A stretch of 64,000 nucleotides of DNA, from contig CANNDT010000007.1 in the NCBI GenBank assembly GCA_947503365.1, positions 18,812 through 82,811 of the forward strand. The letters are read 5' to 3'. This document shows positions 33,014 to 41,834 of the stretch, one piece after another. Position numbers and translations under genes: made by a program. Every line of letters begins with the position of its first letter. Position 1 is the first letter of the stretch. This DNA is from Acidobacteriota bacterium. Its GTDB lineage: Bacteria; Acidobacteriota; Vicinamibacteria; Vicinamibacterales; UBA2999. The notes beneath the pieces are model-generated. The model worked only from the letters and a program-made list of their open reading frames with translations. It was not told where the DNA came from and made no database searches.

Positions 33014-33949
33014 TCAGCTCGCTGTCTCGTTGTCGGCGGCCGCGGCCATCACACCGGCTGCAGGTGCTTCGCCGGTCCACCACTCGAACTGGCGCTCGGC
33101 CCGGGCGATCAGTACGGCGAGGTCGAGGGTATCTTCCAGGTAGCCGTCGACGATGCTCATCGTGTCGGCAAAGGTGATGAAGTCCGCGAAGTCGGCGGCG
33201 GCCAGCGGGACGCATACCGCATCAATGCCACCGGCAGTGAACGCGGCGTTGTGCATCACGGCGGAGAGCGAATGGATTCCCTTGGCGCTGACGACGCCGA
33301 AGACACTGGTGTCGTCGCCGATGTCGCGGAAGCGGAACTGCTGCAGCATCCGCCGCGCGGGCACCTGGCCCGGCGCCACGCCCCTGCCGCCATACGTCCA
33401 GCGGGATCCGAACCGGGACGCGAGCAACCTGGTCGGCACACCGGCCTCGCCCATGCCGATGACGACGGCGTCTCCTTCTTCGGCGATGTCGATGAGCGGG
33501 AGTGTATCGGTGAGGCGAGCGGGTGTGATCGCGACCTTGATCACCGCCGCGCCCGTCTCGCGCATCGCGTCGACGCGCGATGACAGGTCCTCCGGGACGC
33601 CATCGAAGTCGTGCGACGACACGATGACCTTGTCGGGATGAGCCGCGATCAGCCGCTCGAAGCCGGCCGTGAATTCGACGTCGACATACTCGGCCCCGAG
33701 GTCGAGCGCCTTCCGGAGGATGACCTCGCGCGCGCCCTCGGAGCCGTCGAAGTGACCGCCCTCCCACGTCGGGCGGCATGTGACGATGACCGGCTTCTTC
33801 CGGCCAGCGAGGGCCATGGCGACGTCCAAATCAGTAACGCTGTCGAGGCGGAGCTCGACAAGGTCAGCGGCGTCGGCCGCGTTACGTGCCCGGGTCAGCT
33901 CGGCCGTTGTCCGGCCCGTAACCGTCTCGCAGAGAAGTGATGTGCTCAT
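33014..33949 (-). CDS. aroD: Type I 3-dehydroquinate dehydratase fused to an internally deleted shikimate dehydrogenase
   Basis: VELRLD, EGG, YVDVE, SSHDF, VIKVA (AroD), then HSLSAVMHNAAF and AERQFEWWTG (AroE ends) without the catalytic core or Rossmann domain. Confidence 0.85.
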   Translation of the reverse strand: MSTSLLCETVTGRTTAELTRARNAADAADLVELRLDSVTDLDVAMALAGRKKPVIVTCRPTWEGGHFDGSEGAREVILRKALDLGAEYVDVEFTAGFERLIAAHPDKVIVSSHDFDGVPEDLSSRVDAMRETGAAVIKVAITPARLTDTLPLIDIAEEGDAVVIGMGEAGVPTRLLASRFGSRWTYGGRGVAPGQVPARRMLQQFRFRDIGDDTSVFGVVSAKGIHSLSAVMHNAAFTAGGIDAVCVPLAAADFADFITFADTMSIVDGYLEDTLDLAVLIARAERQFEWWTGEAPAAGVMAAAADNETAS

Positions 33950-33950
33950 G

Positions 33951-33991
33951 AAAATAAAAACGCCCCTTCAACCGGTGGCTGAAGGGGCGTT
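33951..33991 (-). terminator. Attenuator intrinsic terminator
   Basis: Minus strand AACGCCCCTTCA-N9-TGAAGGGGCGTT followed by TTTATTTT, 1 nt before the aroD ATG. Confidence 0.9.
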
Positions 33992-34022
33992 GGTAACTGC
34001 TGAGTTCCTGTATCTGTTCGTC

Positions 34023-34118
34023 TCAGATGCTGGACGCCGCCCCTTCAATCGCAGTCCCGTGCCACCACCAATAGCTGGCGGAAAACGGGGCGGCAAAGGG
34101 GCTAAAGCGGTTGGACAT
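34023..34118 (-). CDS. Aromatic amino-acid attenuator leader peptide (TrpL-like), 31 aa
   Basis: MSNRFSPFAAPFSASYWWWHGTAIEGAASSI*; three tandem TGG codons followed by the antiterminator segment TTGAAGGGGCG. Confidence 0.88.
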   Translation of the reverse strand: MSNRFSPFAAPFSASYWWWHGTAIEGAASSI

Positions 34119-34140
34119 CTGCGTATCTGACGGAGTCTGC

Positions 34141-34170
34141 ACAGTAACCCAGCAGCGCCGAGACTGTCAA
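34141..34170 (-). promoter_or_regulatory. sigma70 promoter of the leader/supraoperon
   Basis: TTGACA-18 bp-TACTGT on the minus strand, 22 nt upstream of the leader ATG. Confidence 0.65.
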
Positions 34171-34241
34171 CTAAAACGGCCGCAGGGCCTTGCAGTTTCA
34201 TGGGTTTACCCGTATCTTCAACCGTGAGCCACACTATGTAT

Positions 34242-36080
34242 ATGCGAGCCTTTGCCGTTATTGGTGCATTCCTACTCTTCTTCGCGGCGGGCCTGCCGGC
34301 GCAGAGCCGCACATTCCCGGTGGACGAGCTCCGCGTCGGCATGGTCGGCGTGGGCAAGACGGTCTTCGAGGGTGATCGACTGGACGAGTTCAAGGTCCAC
34401 ATCCTCGGCGTCCTGAAGAACGTCATCGGCACGCGCCGCAACCTGATCCTGGCGCGTCTCGAAGGCGGACCGCTGGCTGAAACCGGCGTCATCGCCGGCA
34501 TGAGCGGCAGCCCGGTCTATATCGATGGCCGGCTCGTCGGCGCCGTGTCGTATTCCCTCGGCCAGTTCTCCAAGGAGCCGATCGCCGGCATCACGCCCAT
34601 CGGCGAGATGACCGAGGCGGCGACATTCGCGGGGCCTCGCCGCCAGGTGGCGCGCGCTGAACTGCAGCTGCCGCTGACCAACGATGGGCTGCGCAACTCG
34701 CTGCGCCAGGCCTTCTCCTGGATGCGCCCGTTCGCGGACAGCCCCAACGACGTGCAGGTGCTCGGAGACGGCGGCCTGAACGCCGGCATCGGGACGATGC
34801 TGCGGCCGATCGCGACGCCGCTGACGCTTGGCGGGTTTGATGCGAGCTTCGCGGATCCGATCGTCTCGGCGTTTCGCGACCAGGGCTTCATGCCGGTGAT
34901 GGCGGGCGGCCTCGCCGGACAGCAGTCGGTCCGGTCGGGAGCGAGTAATCCGCTGCGTCCAGGCGACCCCGTCGGCGTGTCCCTGATGACCGGCGACATG
35001 GAGCTGGGCGCGACCGGCACGGTGACCGAAGTCGACGGCAACCGCGTCTACGCGTTCGGCCATCCGTTCTACGGGCTCGGGCCGACGCAGTTTCCGATGA
35101 CGCGCGCCTACGTCCACGTCATCCTCCCCAGCATGATGAGCTCGTCGAAGATCGCGAGCACCGGCGAAGTCATCGGCACCGTGTCGCAGGATCGCGCCAC
35201 GACGATCGCGGGCACGCTCGGCGCGGGCCCCACGCTCATCCCGGTGAAGCTGAACCTGACGTCGGAGCGCGGCACGAAGAAGACCTTCGAGATGGCGATG
35301 GTCAACGACCAGCTGTTTACGCCGCTCCTGGCGTATCTCTCCATCCTGAACACGCTGCAGTCGTACGAGCGCCAGAACGGCGCGGCAAGCTACGTCGTCC
35401 GCGGCAGCGCCAGCGTCAAGAAGTACGGGACGATCGCGTTCGAGGACCTCTTCACCGGTGATCAGGGCTCGGTCGGGGCGGCAGCCTATGTCGTGGCGCC
35501 AATCAATTTCCTGATGCGCAACGCATTCGAGGATGTCGAGCTCGAAGGCCTGACGCTCGACATCGACGCCAGCGAGGAGCCGCGAAGCGCCACCATCGAG
35601 CGGGTGTGGATCGACGGCGCCCGGCCAAAGGCGGGCACGAAGGTTGATCTCAAGATGCTGCTGCGCACGTATCGGGGCGAGGAAATCACGCGCACGCTGC
35701 CGATCGACATCCCGGCCAACGCGCGCGGTGCCCAGCTCTCGATCATGGTGTCGGACGGCAACCGGCTGACGCAGTGGGAATCGCGCGAGCTGCAGATTCA
35801 GCCGCTGCAGACCCGCGGCCTGCCGCAGATGATGCAGGTGCTCAACAGCGCACGAAAGAACAACCGCCTCTACGTCCGGCTCCTCGGGCGCGATGGCGGC
35901 GCCGTCGTCAAGGGTGAGTCGATGGCCGCCCTGCCCCCGTCCGTTCTCGCGGTGATGGAGTCTGATCGGAACGGCGGAAGCTTCAGGGCGCTGCAGAACG
36001 CGACGCTCGGCGAATGGGACATCACCACCCCGTACGCCGTCGCCGGTTCGCGCACGCTCACACTCGACATTCAGGACTAA
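34242..36080 (+). CDS. Exported SpoIVB-like peptidase S55 domain protein
   Basis: Signal peptide; GVIAGMSGSPVYIDGRLVGAVS and GTVT...YAFGHP motifs. Confidence 0.85.
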   Translation: MRAFAVIGAFLLFFAAGLPAQSRTFPVDELRVGMVGVGKTVFEGDRLDEFKVHILGVLKNVIGTRRNLILARLEGGPLAETGVIAGMSGSPVYIDGRLVGAVSYSLGQFSKEPIAGITPIGEMTEAATFAGPRRQVARAELQLPLTNDGLRNSLRQAFSWMRPFADSPNDVQVLGDGGLNAGIGTMLRPIATPLTLGGFDASFADPIVSAFRDQGFMPVMAGGLAGQQSVRSGASNPLRPGDPVGVSLMTGDMELGATGTVTEVDGNRVYAFGHPFYGLGPTQFPMTRAYVHVILPSMMSSSKIASTGEVIGTVSQDRATTIAGTLGAGPTLIPVKLNLTSERGTKKTFEMAMVNDQLFTPLLAYLSILNTLQSYERQNGAASYVVRGSASVKKYGTIAFEDLFTGDQGSVGAAAYVVAPINFLMRNAFEDVELEGLTLDIDASEEPRSATIERVWIDGARPKAGTKVDLKMLLRTYRGEEITRTLPIDIPANARGAQLSIMVSDGNRLTQWESRELQIQPLQTRGLPQMMQVLNSARKNNRLYVRLLGRDGGAVVKGESMAALPPSVLAVMESDRNGGSFRALQNATLGEWDITTPYAVAGSRTLTLDIQD

Positions 36081-36083
36081 CTC

Positions 36084-38327
36084 ATGCGATTGAAGCGTGT
36101 CATACCCGCGGCGCTCGTACTGTGCGCCGCGGCGGCGGTGGTCGTCCAGGCCGCCCTGCCGACCTTCTGGCAAGTCTCGACCGAAAGCGAATTCCTGCAG
36201 GGTGAAGTCGAGAACCTGTCGATCGACAACTACGGCCGCCTGACACTCGGTCCGACGGCGGCGCCGGTCTACGAATCGAGCGCGCCGTTTCTCTGGACGC
36301 TCGTCAGCGCGCCTGACGGATCGACGTTCGTCGGCAGCGGCAACGAGGGCCAGGTCTACCGCATCGATAACGACGGCAAGGGCTCGGTGTTCTTCGATGC
36401 CGAGGAGCTCGAGGTCCACGCCATGGTGCTCGCGCCCGGTGGCGGCCTCTACGTCGGCACCTCGCCCGACGGCAAGATTTACAAGGTGGACGCCGCGGGC
36501 AAGGGGACGGTCCTCTTCGACCCGCCCGACAAGTACATCTGGAGCCTGGCGGTCGACAAGACGGGCAACGTCTTCGCGGGCACCGGCGACAAGGGCATCA
36601 TCTACAAGATCACCCCCGACGGCAGGGGCACCGCGTTCTACCAGACCAAAGCCACCCATGCGATGACGCTCGCCTTCGATGGCAGCGGCCGCCTGCTCGC
36701 AGGCACCGAGTCGCCGGGACGCGTCTTCCAGATCGATGCGGCGGGCAAACCGTTCGTGCTGCTCGACTCCCCCTACAACGAGATCCACACGCTGCGCGTC
36801 GACCCGAAAGGCGTGATCTACGCCGCCGCCGTCAGCGCACGCGCCGGCGCTACGCCGGCGACGCCGACGATCGACCTGCCGGCGGCGCCCGCAGGCCAGC
36901 CCGTGGCCTCGGTCTCAACCGAGATCACCGCCATCTCGATCGTGGCGGATGTCTCCACCACGGCGGCAGCGATTCAGGGAAACGCGCGGAGTAATACCGG
37001 CCCGGGCGCCGGCGCCATCTACCGGATCATGCCGGACGGCGCGTGGGACATGGTCTGGCAACTGCGCGAGGACTCGCCCTACGACATCGCGTTCGACACC
37101 GACGGCAGCCTCACGGTGGCGACCGGCAATGAAGGCAAGATTTATCGTCTGAGCGGCGATCCGCTTCAGCCGATGCTCGTCGCGCGCGCCAGCGTGCAGC
37201 AGATCACGGCGCTGGTTCCCGACCGCTCCGGCCGCATCCTCTTCGCCACCTCCAACCCCGGCAAGGTGTTTCGCCTCTCGCAGACGCGCACCGACAAGGG
37301 TACCTACACCTCCGATGTCCGCGACGCGCAGACCGTGGCAACGTGGGGAGCGATCAAATGGCAGGCGACGGTACCGACAGGCACCAAGGTCGAGGTCTCG
37401 ACCCGTTCTGGAAACACGCGGACGCCGGATGAGACCTGGAGTGACTGGAGTCCCGCGTATCCTGCGCGCGAAGGCAGCGGCATCAGCAGTCCACGGGCGC
37501 GGTACCTGCAGTGGCGCGCGGTGCTGAGCGGCACGCGAACCGAGGCGCCCGTTCTCACGTCTGTCGTCGCCGCGTACCTTCCGCGCAACACGCGTCCGCG
37601 CGTGACGTCGATCACGATTCACCCGCCCGGCACCGTCTTCCAGCGTCCCTTCCCCACTGGCGATCCTGGCCTGGCCGGCTTCGAGGGAGAAACGCCGGAT
37701 CAGCGCGCCGTGGCCCAGACCCAGCAGGGCGGCAACCAGGCGAACCTCGGCCGGCGCTCCTATCAGCGCGGGCTGCTGACCTTTGTCTGGCGCGCGGAAG
37801 ACGACAACCGCGACGACCTGACGTACGACGTCCAGTACCGCCGCGAAGGCGATGACACCTGGCGCCCGCTGAAGCGCGCGGTCAACGACCCGATCCTGGT
37901 GTGGGACACGACCTCGGTGCCGAACGGCCGCTATCTCCTCCAGGTGGTGGCGTCTGACGCCCGGTCGAATTCACCGGCGACGGCGCTGACCGGCTCGATG
38001 GAAAGTACGACATTCGACATCGACAACATGCCGCCGACGATCGTCGTCACGGCGGTGCGTCGCGACGGTCCGCGCAGGGTGATTGTGTTCGACGTGCGGG
38101 ATGAGGATTCCGCGGTGGTGAAAGCCGAGTACTCACTCGACGGCGATCGGTGGCAGGCGATCTATCCGAGGGATGGGATTGCCGACTCCCGGTTCGAGCA
38201 GTTCGAGCTGCCGCTCGACGGCGAAGCCGCCAGCCGCGCCGTGGTGATTCGCGCGACCGACTCGCTGAACAACGTTACAAGCGCCCGCGCCGAGGCACCG
38301 GCACCGGCAGCGGCGGCGAACCGCTGA
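36084..38327 (+). CDS. Exported beta-propeller protein with C-terminal Ig/FN3-like domains
   Basis: Signal peptide; repeated G-x-x-(F/Y)-x-GT-x-x-x-G-x-I-Y-x-(I/V) blades; WDTTSVPNGRY. Confidence 0.8.
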   Translation: MRLKRVIPAALVLCAAAAVVVQAALPTFWQVSTESEFLQGEVENLSIDNYGRLTLGPTAAPVYESSAPFLWTLVSAPDGSTFVGSGNEGQVYRIDNDGKGSVFFDAEELEVHAMVLAPGGGLYVGTSPDGKIYKVDAAGKGTVLFDPPDKYIWSLAVDKTGNVFAGTGDKGIIYKITPDGRGTAFYQTKATHAMTLAFDGSGRLLAGTESPGRVFQIDAAGKPFVLLDSPYNEIHTLRVDPKGVIYAAAVSARAGATPATPTIDLPAAPAGQPVASVSTEITAISIVADVSTTAAAIQGNARSNTGPGAGAIYRIMPDGAWDMVWQLREDSPYDIAFDTDGSLTVATGNEGKIYRLSGDPLQPMLVARASVQQITALVPDRSGRILFATSNPGKVFRLSQTRTDKGTYTSDVRDAQTVATWGAIKWQATVPTGTKVEVSTRSGNTRTPDETWSDWSPAYPAREGSGISSPRARYLQWRAVLSGTRTEAPVLTSVVAAYLPRNTRPRVTSITIHPPGTVFQRPFPTGDPGLAGFEGETPDQRAVAQTQQGGNQANLGRRSYQRGLLTFVWRAEDDNRDDLTYDVQYRREGDDTWRPLKRAVNDPILVWDTTSVPNGRYLLQVVASDARSNSPATALTGSMESTTFDIDNMPPTIVVTAVRRDGPRRVIVFDVRDEDSAVVKAEYSLDGDRWQAIYPRDGIADSRFEQFELPLDGEAASRAVVIRATDSLNNVTSARAEAPAPAAAANR

Positions 38328-39033
38328 CGGGCGCCGAGGTCAACCACACCATATCGACAGCCACGGCGCGATCGGACGGCGCTTCCGAGGGCGCGAACCG
38401 TGAGTGCCGCACGGCGTCGAGCAGTCCACCCACGTCGGCCGTCAACGCCGAGCCGTCACGGCGCCGCACGTTGGCCCGCTCGAGCTCGAGCATCCTGTAA
38501 TCCGCAATCCGTTGTCCGCGGGTGACCATGGTGGCCAGCGCGAAGACGGCTTCCTCTTCGGGCACGCCCTCGAGAATCCAGCCGGTCTTGATGCGGCTGG
38601 CATTCGCCGTCGACTCCATCACGCCGGCCATCGAGTCGCTCTCGCCGTTGGCTGCGTGCAGCACGCCGACCGCCGTGCAGAGGCAGGCGATCAGGGCAGC
38701 CGAGGCCCCAAGCGCCGGCCAGAAGAGGCGCATGTCCTCGAACGCGGTACGCACCCACACCCCAAACGATTGATCGCGCTCGGCGCCAATTCGCGTGAGT
38801 ACGGCAGCCTGCACCGCGATCATGGCGCGGGCTTCCTCGGGTTCGCGGGGTGGCCGCACCGCGCCAACGCGGAGCGACGCGCCAATCAGCCGCATGTCTT
38901 CGACGCGCGCGCCACATGTCCGGCACCAGCGGAGGTGCGCCTCCACCGCGACCTGGTCGGCCATGGCCAATTCGTCGTCGATGAACGCGTCGAGCATCGC
39001 GCGCGCGGTGTCGCAACCGAGGTACGGCGTCAT
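38275..39033 (-). CDS. Anti-sigma factor with zinc-finger (ZAS/zf-HC2) and TM helix
   Basis: C...HLRWCRTC (H-x3-C-x2-C); TM LGASAALIACLCTAVGVL; ATGA overlap with the ECF sigma gene. Confidence 0.85.
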   Translation of the reverse strand: MTPYLGCDTARAMLDAFIDDELAMADQVAVEAHLRWCRTCGARVEDMRLIGASLRVGAVRPPREPEEARAMIAVQAAVLTRIGAERDQSFGVWVRTAFEDMRLFWPALGASAALIACLCTAVGVLHAANGESDSMAGVMESTANASRIKTGWILEGVPEEEAVFALATMVTRGQRIADYRMLELERANVRRRDGSALTADVGGLLDAVRHSRFAPSEAPSDRAVAVDMVWLTSAPVSGSPPLPVPVPRRGRL

Positions 39034-39683
39034 GACCGCACTCCCAGCAGATCGGCGCGAAGCGCCTGTCGCGCGCGCGTCAGGCGCGATTTCACGGTGC
39101 CGATGGCGATGTCGAGCGAGAAGGCGATTTCTTCGTAGCGAAGGCCGTCCACCTCGCGCAGGATGAGCGCCGTGCGCTGATCGAACGGCAGCCGGTCGAG
39201 CGCCTGCCAGATATACGTCGCGGTCTCCTTGCTGGCGAGCAACCGATCGGGGAGCACGTCCTGCTTGCCCTCGAGCTCGCCGGAGTGCTTCAGGTGCTCA
39301 TCGAGCGACACTTCGTCGCCGCGACAGCGCCGGCGCCACCAGCGCTGCCGGTTGCGAACCTGGTTGATCACGATCCGGTAGATCCAGGTGCGAAGGGCCG
39401 ACTGGCCGCGGAATCCCGAGAGGGTGCGGAAGACGCGGAGGAACACTTCCTGGGAGATGTCGAGGGCCTCGTCGCGATCGCCCAGCAGGTTGAGGGCGAG
39501 GCTGTAGACCATCCGTTGGTGGGTGGCGACCAGCTCCGCGCAGGCCGCTTCGTCGCCGGCGGCGCACCGCGCGATGAGCGCAGCTTCCCCGGAATCGACG
39601 TCTGACCAGCTGATGGCGCCAGCGTTCTTCACGAAATCTCCACGGAACGGTGTAAGCATGGAGTTTAGCATCAACGACAACAC
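39030..39683 (-). CDS. ECF RNA polymerase sigma factor
   Basis: DISQEVFL, TWIYRIVIN, LREVDGLRYEEIA, GTVKSRL; start uncertain. Confidence 0.93.
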   Translation of the reverse strand: MLSLMLNSMLTPFRGDFVKNAGAISWSDVDSGEAALIARCAAGDEAACAELVATHQRMVYSLALNLLGDRDEALDISQEVFLRVFRTLSGFRGQSALRTWIYRIVINQVRNRQRWWRRRCRGDEVSLDEHLKHSGELEGKQDVLPDRLLASKETATYIWQALDRLPFDQRTALILREVDGLRYEEIAFSLDIAIGTVKSRLTRARQALRADLLGVRS

Positions 39684-39746
39684 TGGCTCTGTAGGCTTTT
39701 AGACCCCGAAGTGGCCCCGATGTTCCTTGGTAGAATCGCGTCATCC

Positions 39747-41024
39747 ATGAAACGCCTGGTCGTCGTATCCGTGGGCGTCGCCGCCCTCGTCGTCGGCATC
39801 CTGGTCGCCTGGTATTCCGTCCGCCAGGACCGCGAATTCCAGCGCCTGATCGCCGCCGGGGATGCCGCCGTCGTTCAGGACCAGACGTTTGTCGCGATCG
39901 AAGCGTTCAGCGGCGCGCTCGCGCTCAAGCCCGACTCCATGCTCGCGTATCTCAAGCGCGGCGATACCTACCGCCGCCGCAGCGAGCTGACGGCGGCGCT
40001 GCGCGACCTCCGCCAGGCCGCGACGCTGGATCCCGGCGCGCCCCGCCCGGTCGAGCTCCTCGGCGACGTCAACGTCGCGATGGGGCGGTACGAGAACGCC
40101 ATCGAGCAATACCGCCGATTCATCGCCCTCGACGACCGCGCGCCACGCGTCCTCTACAAGCTGGCGCTCACCTACTACCGCAACGGCCAGGCCGCGCTGG
40201 CGATCGAACCGCTCCGCCAGGCGGTCGCCTTCGACGATCGATTCGTCGAGGCGCATTACCTGCTCGGCATGTGCCTGCTCGAGCGCAAGCGCGACGCGGA
40301 TGCGCTTCGTTCGTTGACCCGCGCGATCGAGATCAATCCGACGTTCGCCGCGGCGCGCGAGGAGATGGCCGACATCTACACCCAGCGAGGACGCAGCCGC
40401 GACGCCATCGAGCAGCTCGAAGCGCTGGCGGCGCTCGAGCCCGCACGTGCCGAGCGGCTCGTCAGCGTTGGGCTTGCGTACGCGCGCCTGGGCCGCACTG
40501 ATGCCGCCATCCTCACGCTTGGCCGCGCGGCCGAACGTTTTCCAGAAGAACCGGTGGTCTATACCGCGCTTGGGCGTGTGTGGCTTGAAGCCGCGGAGAC
40601 GCGAGACGATCGCGTGGCCTTGAGCAAGGCGATTGGCGCACTGCAGCCCACGGCGGGCCGGGCAACCGCGTCGAGCGAAGCCCTCGCTTTGTACGGCCGC
40701 GCGCTCTATCTATCTGGAGAGATTGGCGGAGCCGAGCGGACGCTCCAGGAAGCAACCACGCGGATGCCGGTTGAACCGCTCGCCTTCCGCTACCTCGCGG
40801 CGGCAGCCGATCGCCTTGGCCATGTCGCGCCTGCCCGGGACGCGCTGCGCCGATACGTCGCGCTCATCGACACTCCCGATGCGCCGACGCTCGCCCTCCT
40901 CGCCGACGCGCACCGGCGGCTTGGCGAGCTCGCCGCCGCCCGCGCCACGGTTGCCAAGGCACTGGCGCTCGAACCCGAGAACGAGGCGCTGTTGCGGCTG
41001 CAGCGCCGAATCGGGCCGACCTGA
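39747..41024 (+). CDS. Membrane-anchored TPR repeat protein
   Basis: N-terminal TM segment followed by about 10 TPR-like helical repeats. Confidence 0.85.
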   Translation: MKRLVVVSVGVAALVVGILVAWYSVRQDREFQRLIAAGDAAVVQDQTFVAIEAFSGALALKPDSMLAYLKRGDTYRRRSELTAALRDLRQAATLDPGAPRPVELLGDVNVAMGRYENAIEQYRRFIALDDRAPRVLYKLALTYYRNGQAALAIEPLRQAVAFDDRFVEAHYLLGMCLLERKRDADALRSLTRAIEINPTFAAAREEMADIYTQRGRSRDAIEQLEALAALEPARAERLVSVGLAYARLGRTDAAILTLGRAAERFPEEPVVYTALGRVWLEAAETRDDRVALSKAIGALQPTAGRATASSEALALYGRALYLSGEIGGAERTLQEATTRMPVEPLAFRYLAAAADRLGHVAPARDALRRYVALIDTPDAPTLALLADAHRRLGELAAARATVAKALALEPENEALLRLQRRIGPT

Positions 41025-41027
41025 GGG

Positions 41028-41831
41028 TCAGGCCCGCCTGTCGCGGGTCATCGGATCGAGCCGATCCCGCAATCCATCTCCCAGGAAGTTGAACCCGAGC
41101 ACGAGCACCGCAATCGCGATGCCCGGAAAGATGGTCAGGTGCGGCGCGTCGAGCAGATGCCCTCGCCCGTAGCTGAGCATCGTGCCCCAGCTTGGCGTCG
41201 GCGGCTGCACGCCCAGACCGAGAAAACTGAGCGCCGCCTCCGCGAGGATCGCGCCGCCCATGCCCAGCGTGGCCTGCACCGTGACGGCGGGCAGCGTCGT
41301 CGGAATCACATGGCGCGCGAGGATCCGCGGCGTGGTCGCCCCCAGCGCCTTGGCCGCCTGCACGAACTCGAGCTCACGCGAGCGCAGCACTTGCCCGCGG
41401 ACCAGTCGCGCGTAGCCCACCCAGCCGATCAGCGACAACGCCAGCACCACGTTCGTCAGGCTCGGCCCAAGGACCGCGACGAGCGCGATCGCCAGCAGCA
41501 GGCCGGGAAAGGCCAGCAGGATATCCACGATCCGGCTGATCGCTTCGTCGATGCGTCCGCCGTAATACCCGGCGATCGAGCCGAGGACGATGCCGACGAG
41601 CGACGATACGCTGACGACGACGAGGCCGACCATCAGCGAGATGCGGGCGCCCGACAGGACGCGGGCGAAGATGTCGCGGCCCAATTCGTCCAGCCCGAAC
41701 CAATGCAAACCAGTTGGCCCCTCGAGTCTCAGCGCTAGTTCCTGCGACGCGGGATCGAACGGCGCGAGCCACGGTCCGAAGACCGCCGCGAGCACCGTCA
41801 CCAGGACGATGACGCCGCCTAGCCGCGCCAT
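41028..41831 (-). CDS. Peptide/nickel ABC transporter permease (DppC-like)
   Basis: GLDELGRD, EAA-loop (AAKALGA), LSFLGLGVQPPTPSWG. Confidence 0.93.
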   Translation of the reverse strand: MARLGGVIVLVTVLAAVFGPWLAPFDPASQELALRLEGPTGLHWFGLDELGRDIFARVLSGARISLMVGLVVVSVSSLVGIVLGSIAGYYGGRIDEAISRIVDILLAFPGLLLAIALVAVLGPSLTNVVLALSLIGWVGYARLVRGQVLRSRELEFVQAAKALGATTPRILARHVIPTTLPAVTVQATLGMGGAILAEAALSFLGLGVQPPTPSWGTMLSYGRGHLLDAPHLTIFPGIAIAVLVLGFNFLGDGLRDRLDPMTRDRRA

Positions 41832-41834
41832 CGG

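Noticed and set aside
34272-36788. Long antisense and alternate-frame ORFs (e.g. 838 aa here; also 13247-15073, 19665-21107, 6865-8229)
   Set aside because: They shadow well-supported genes, lack motifs, and are expected from high-GC codon bias.
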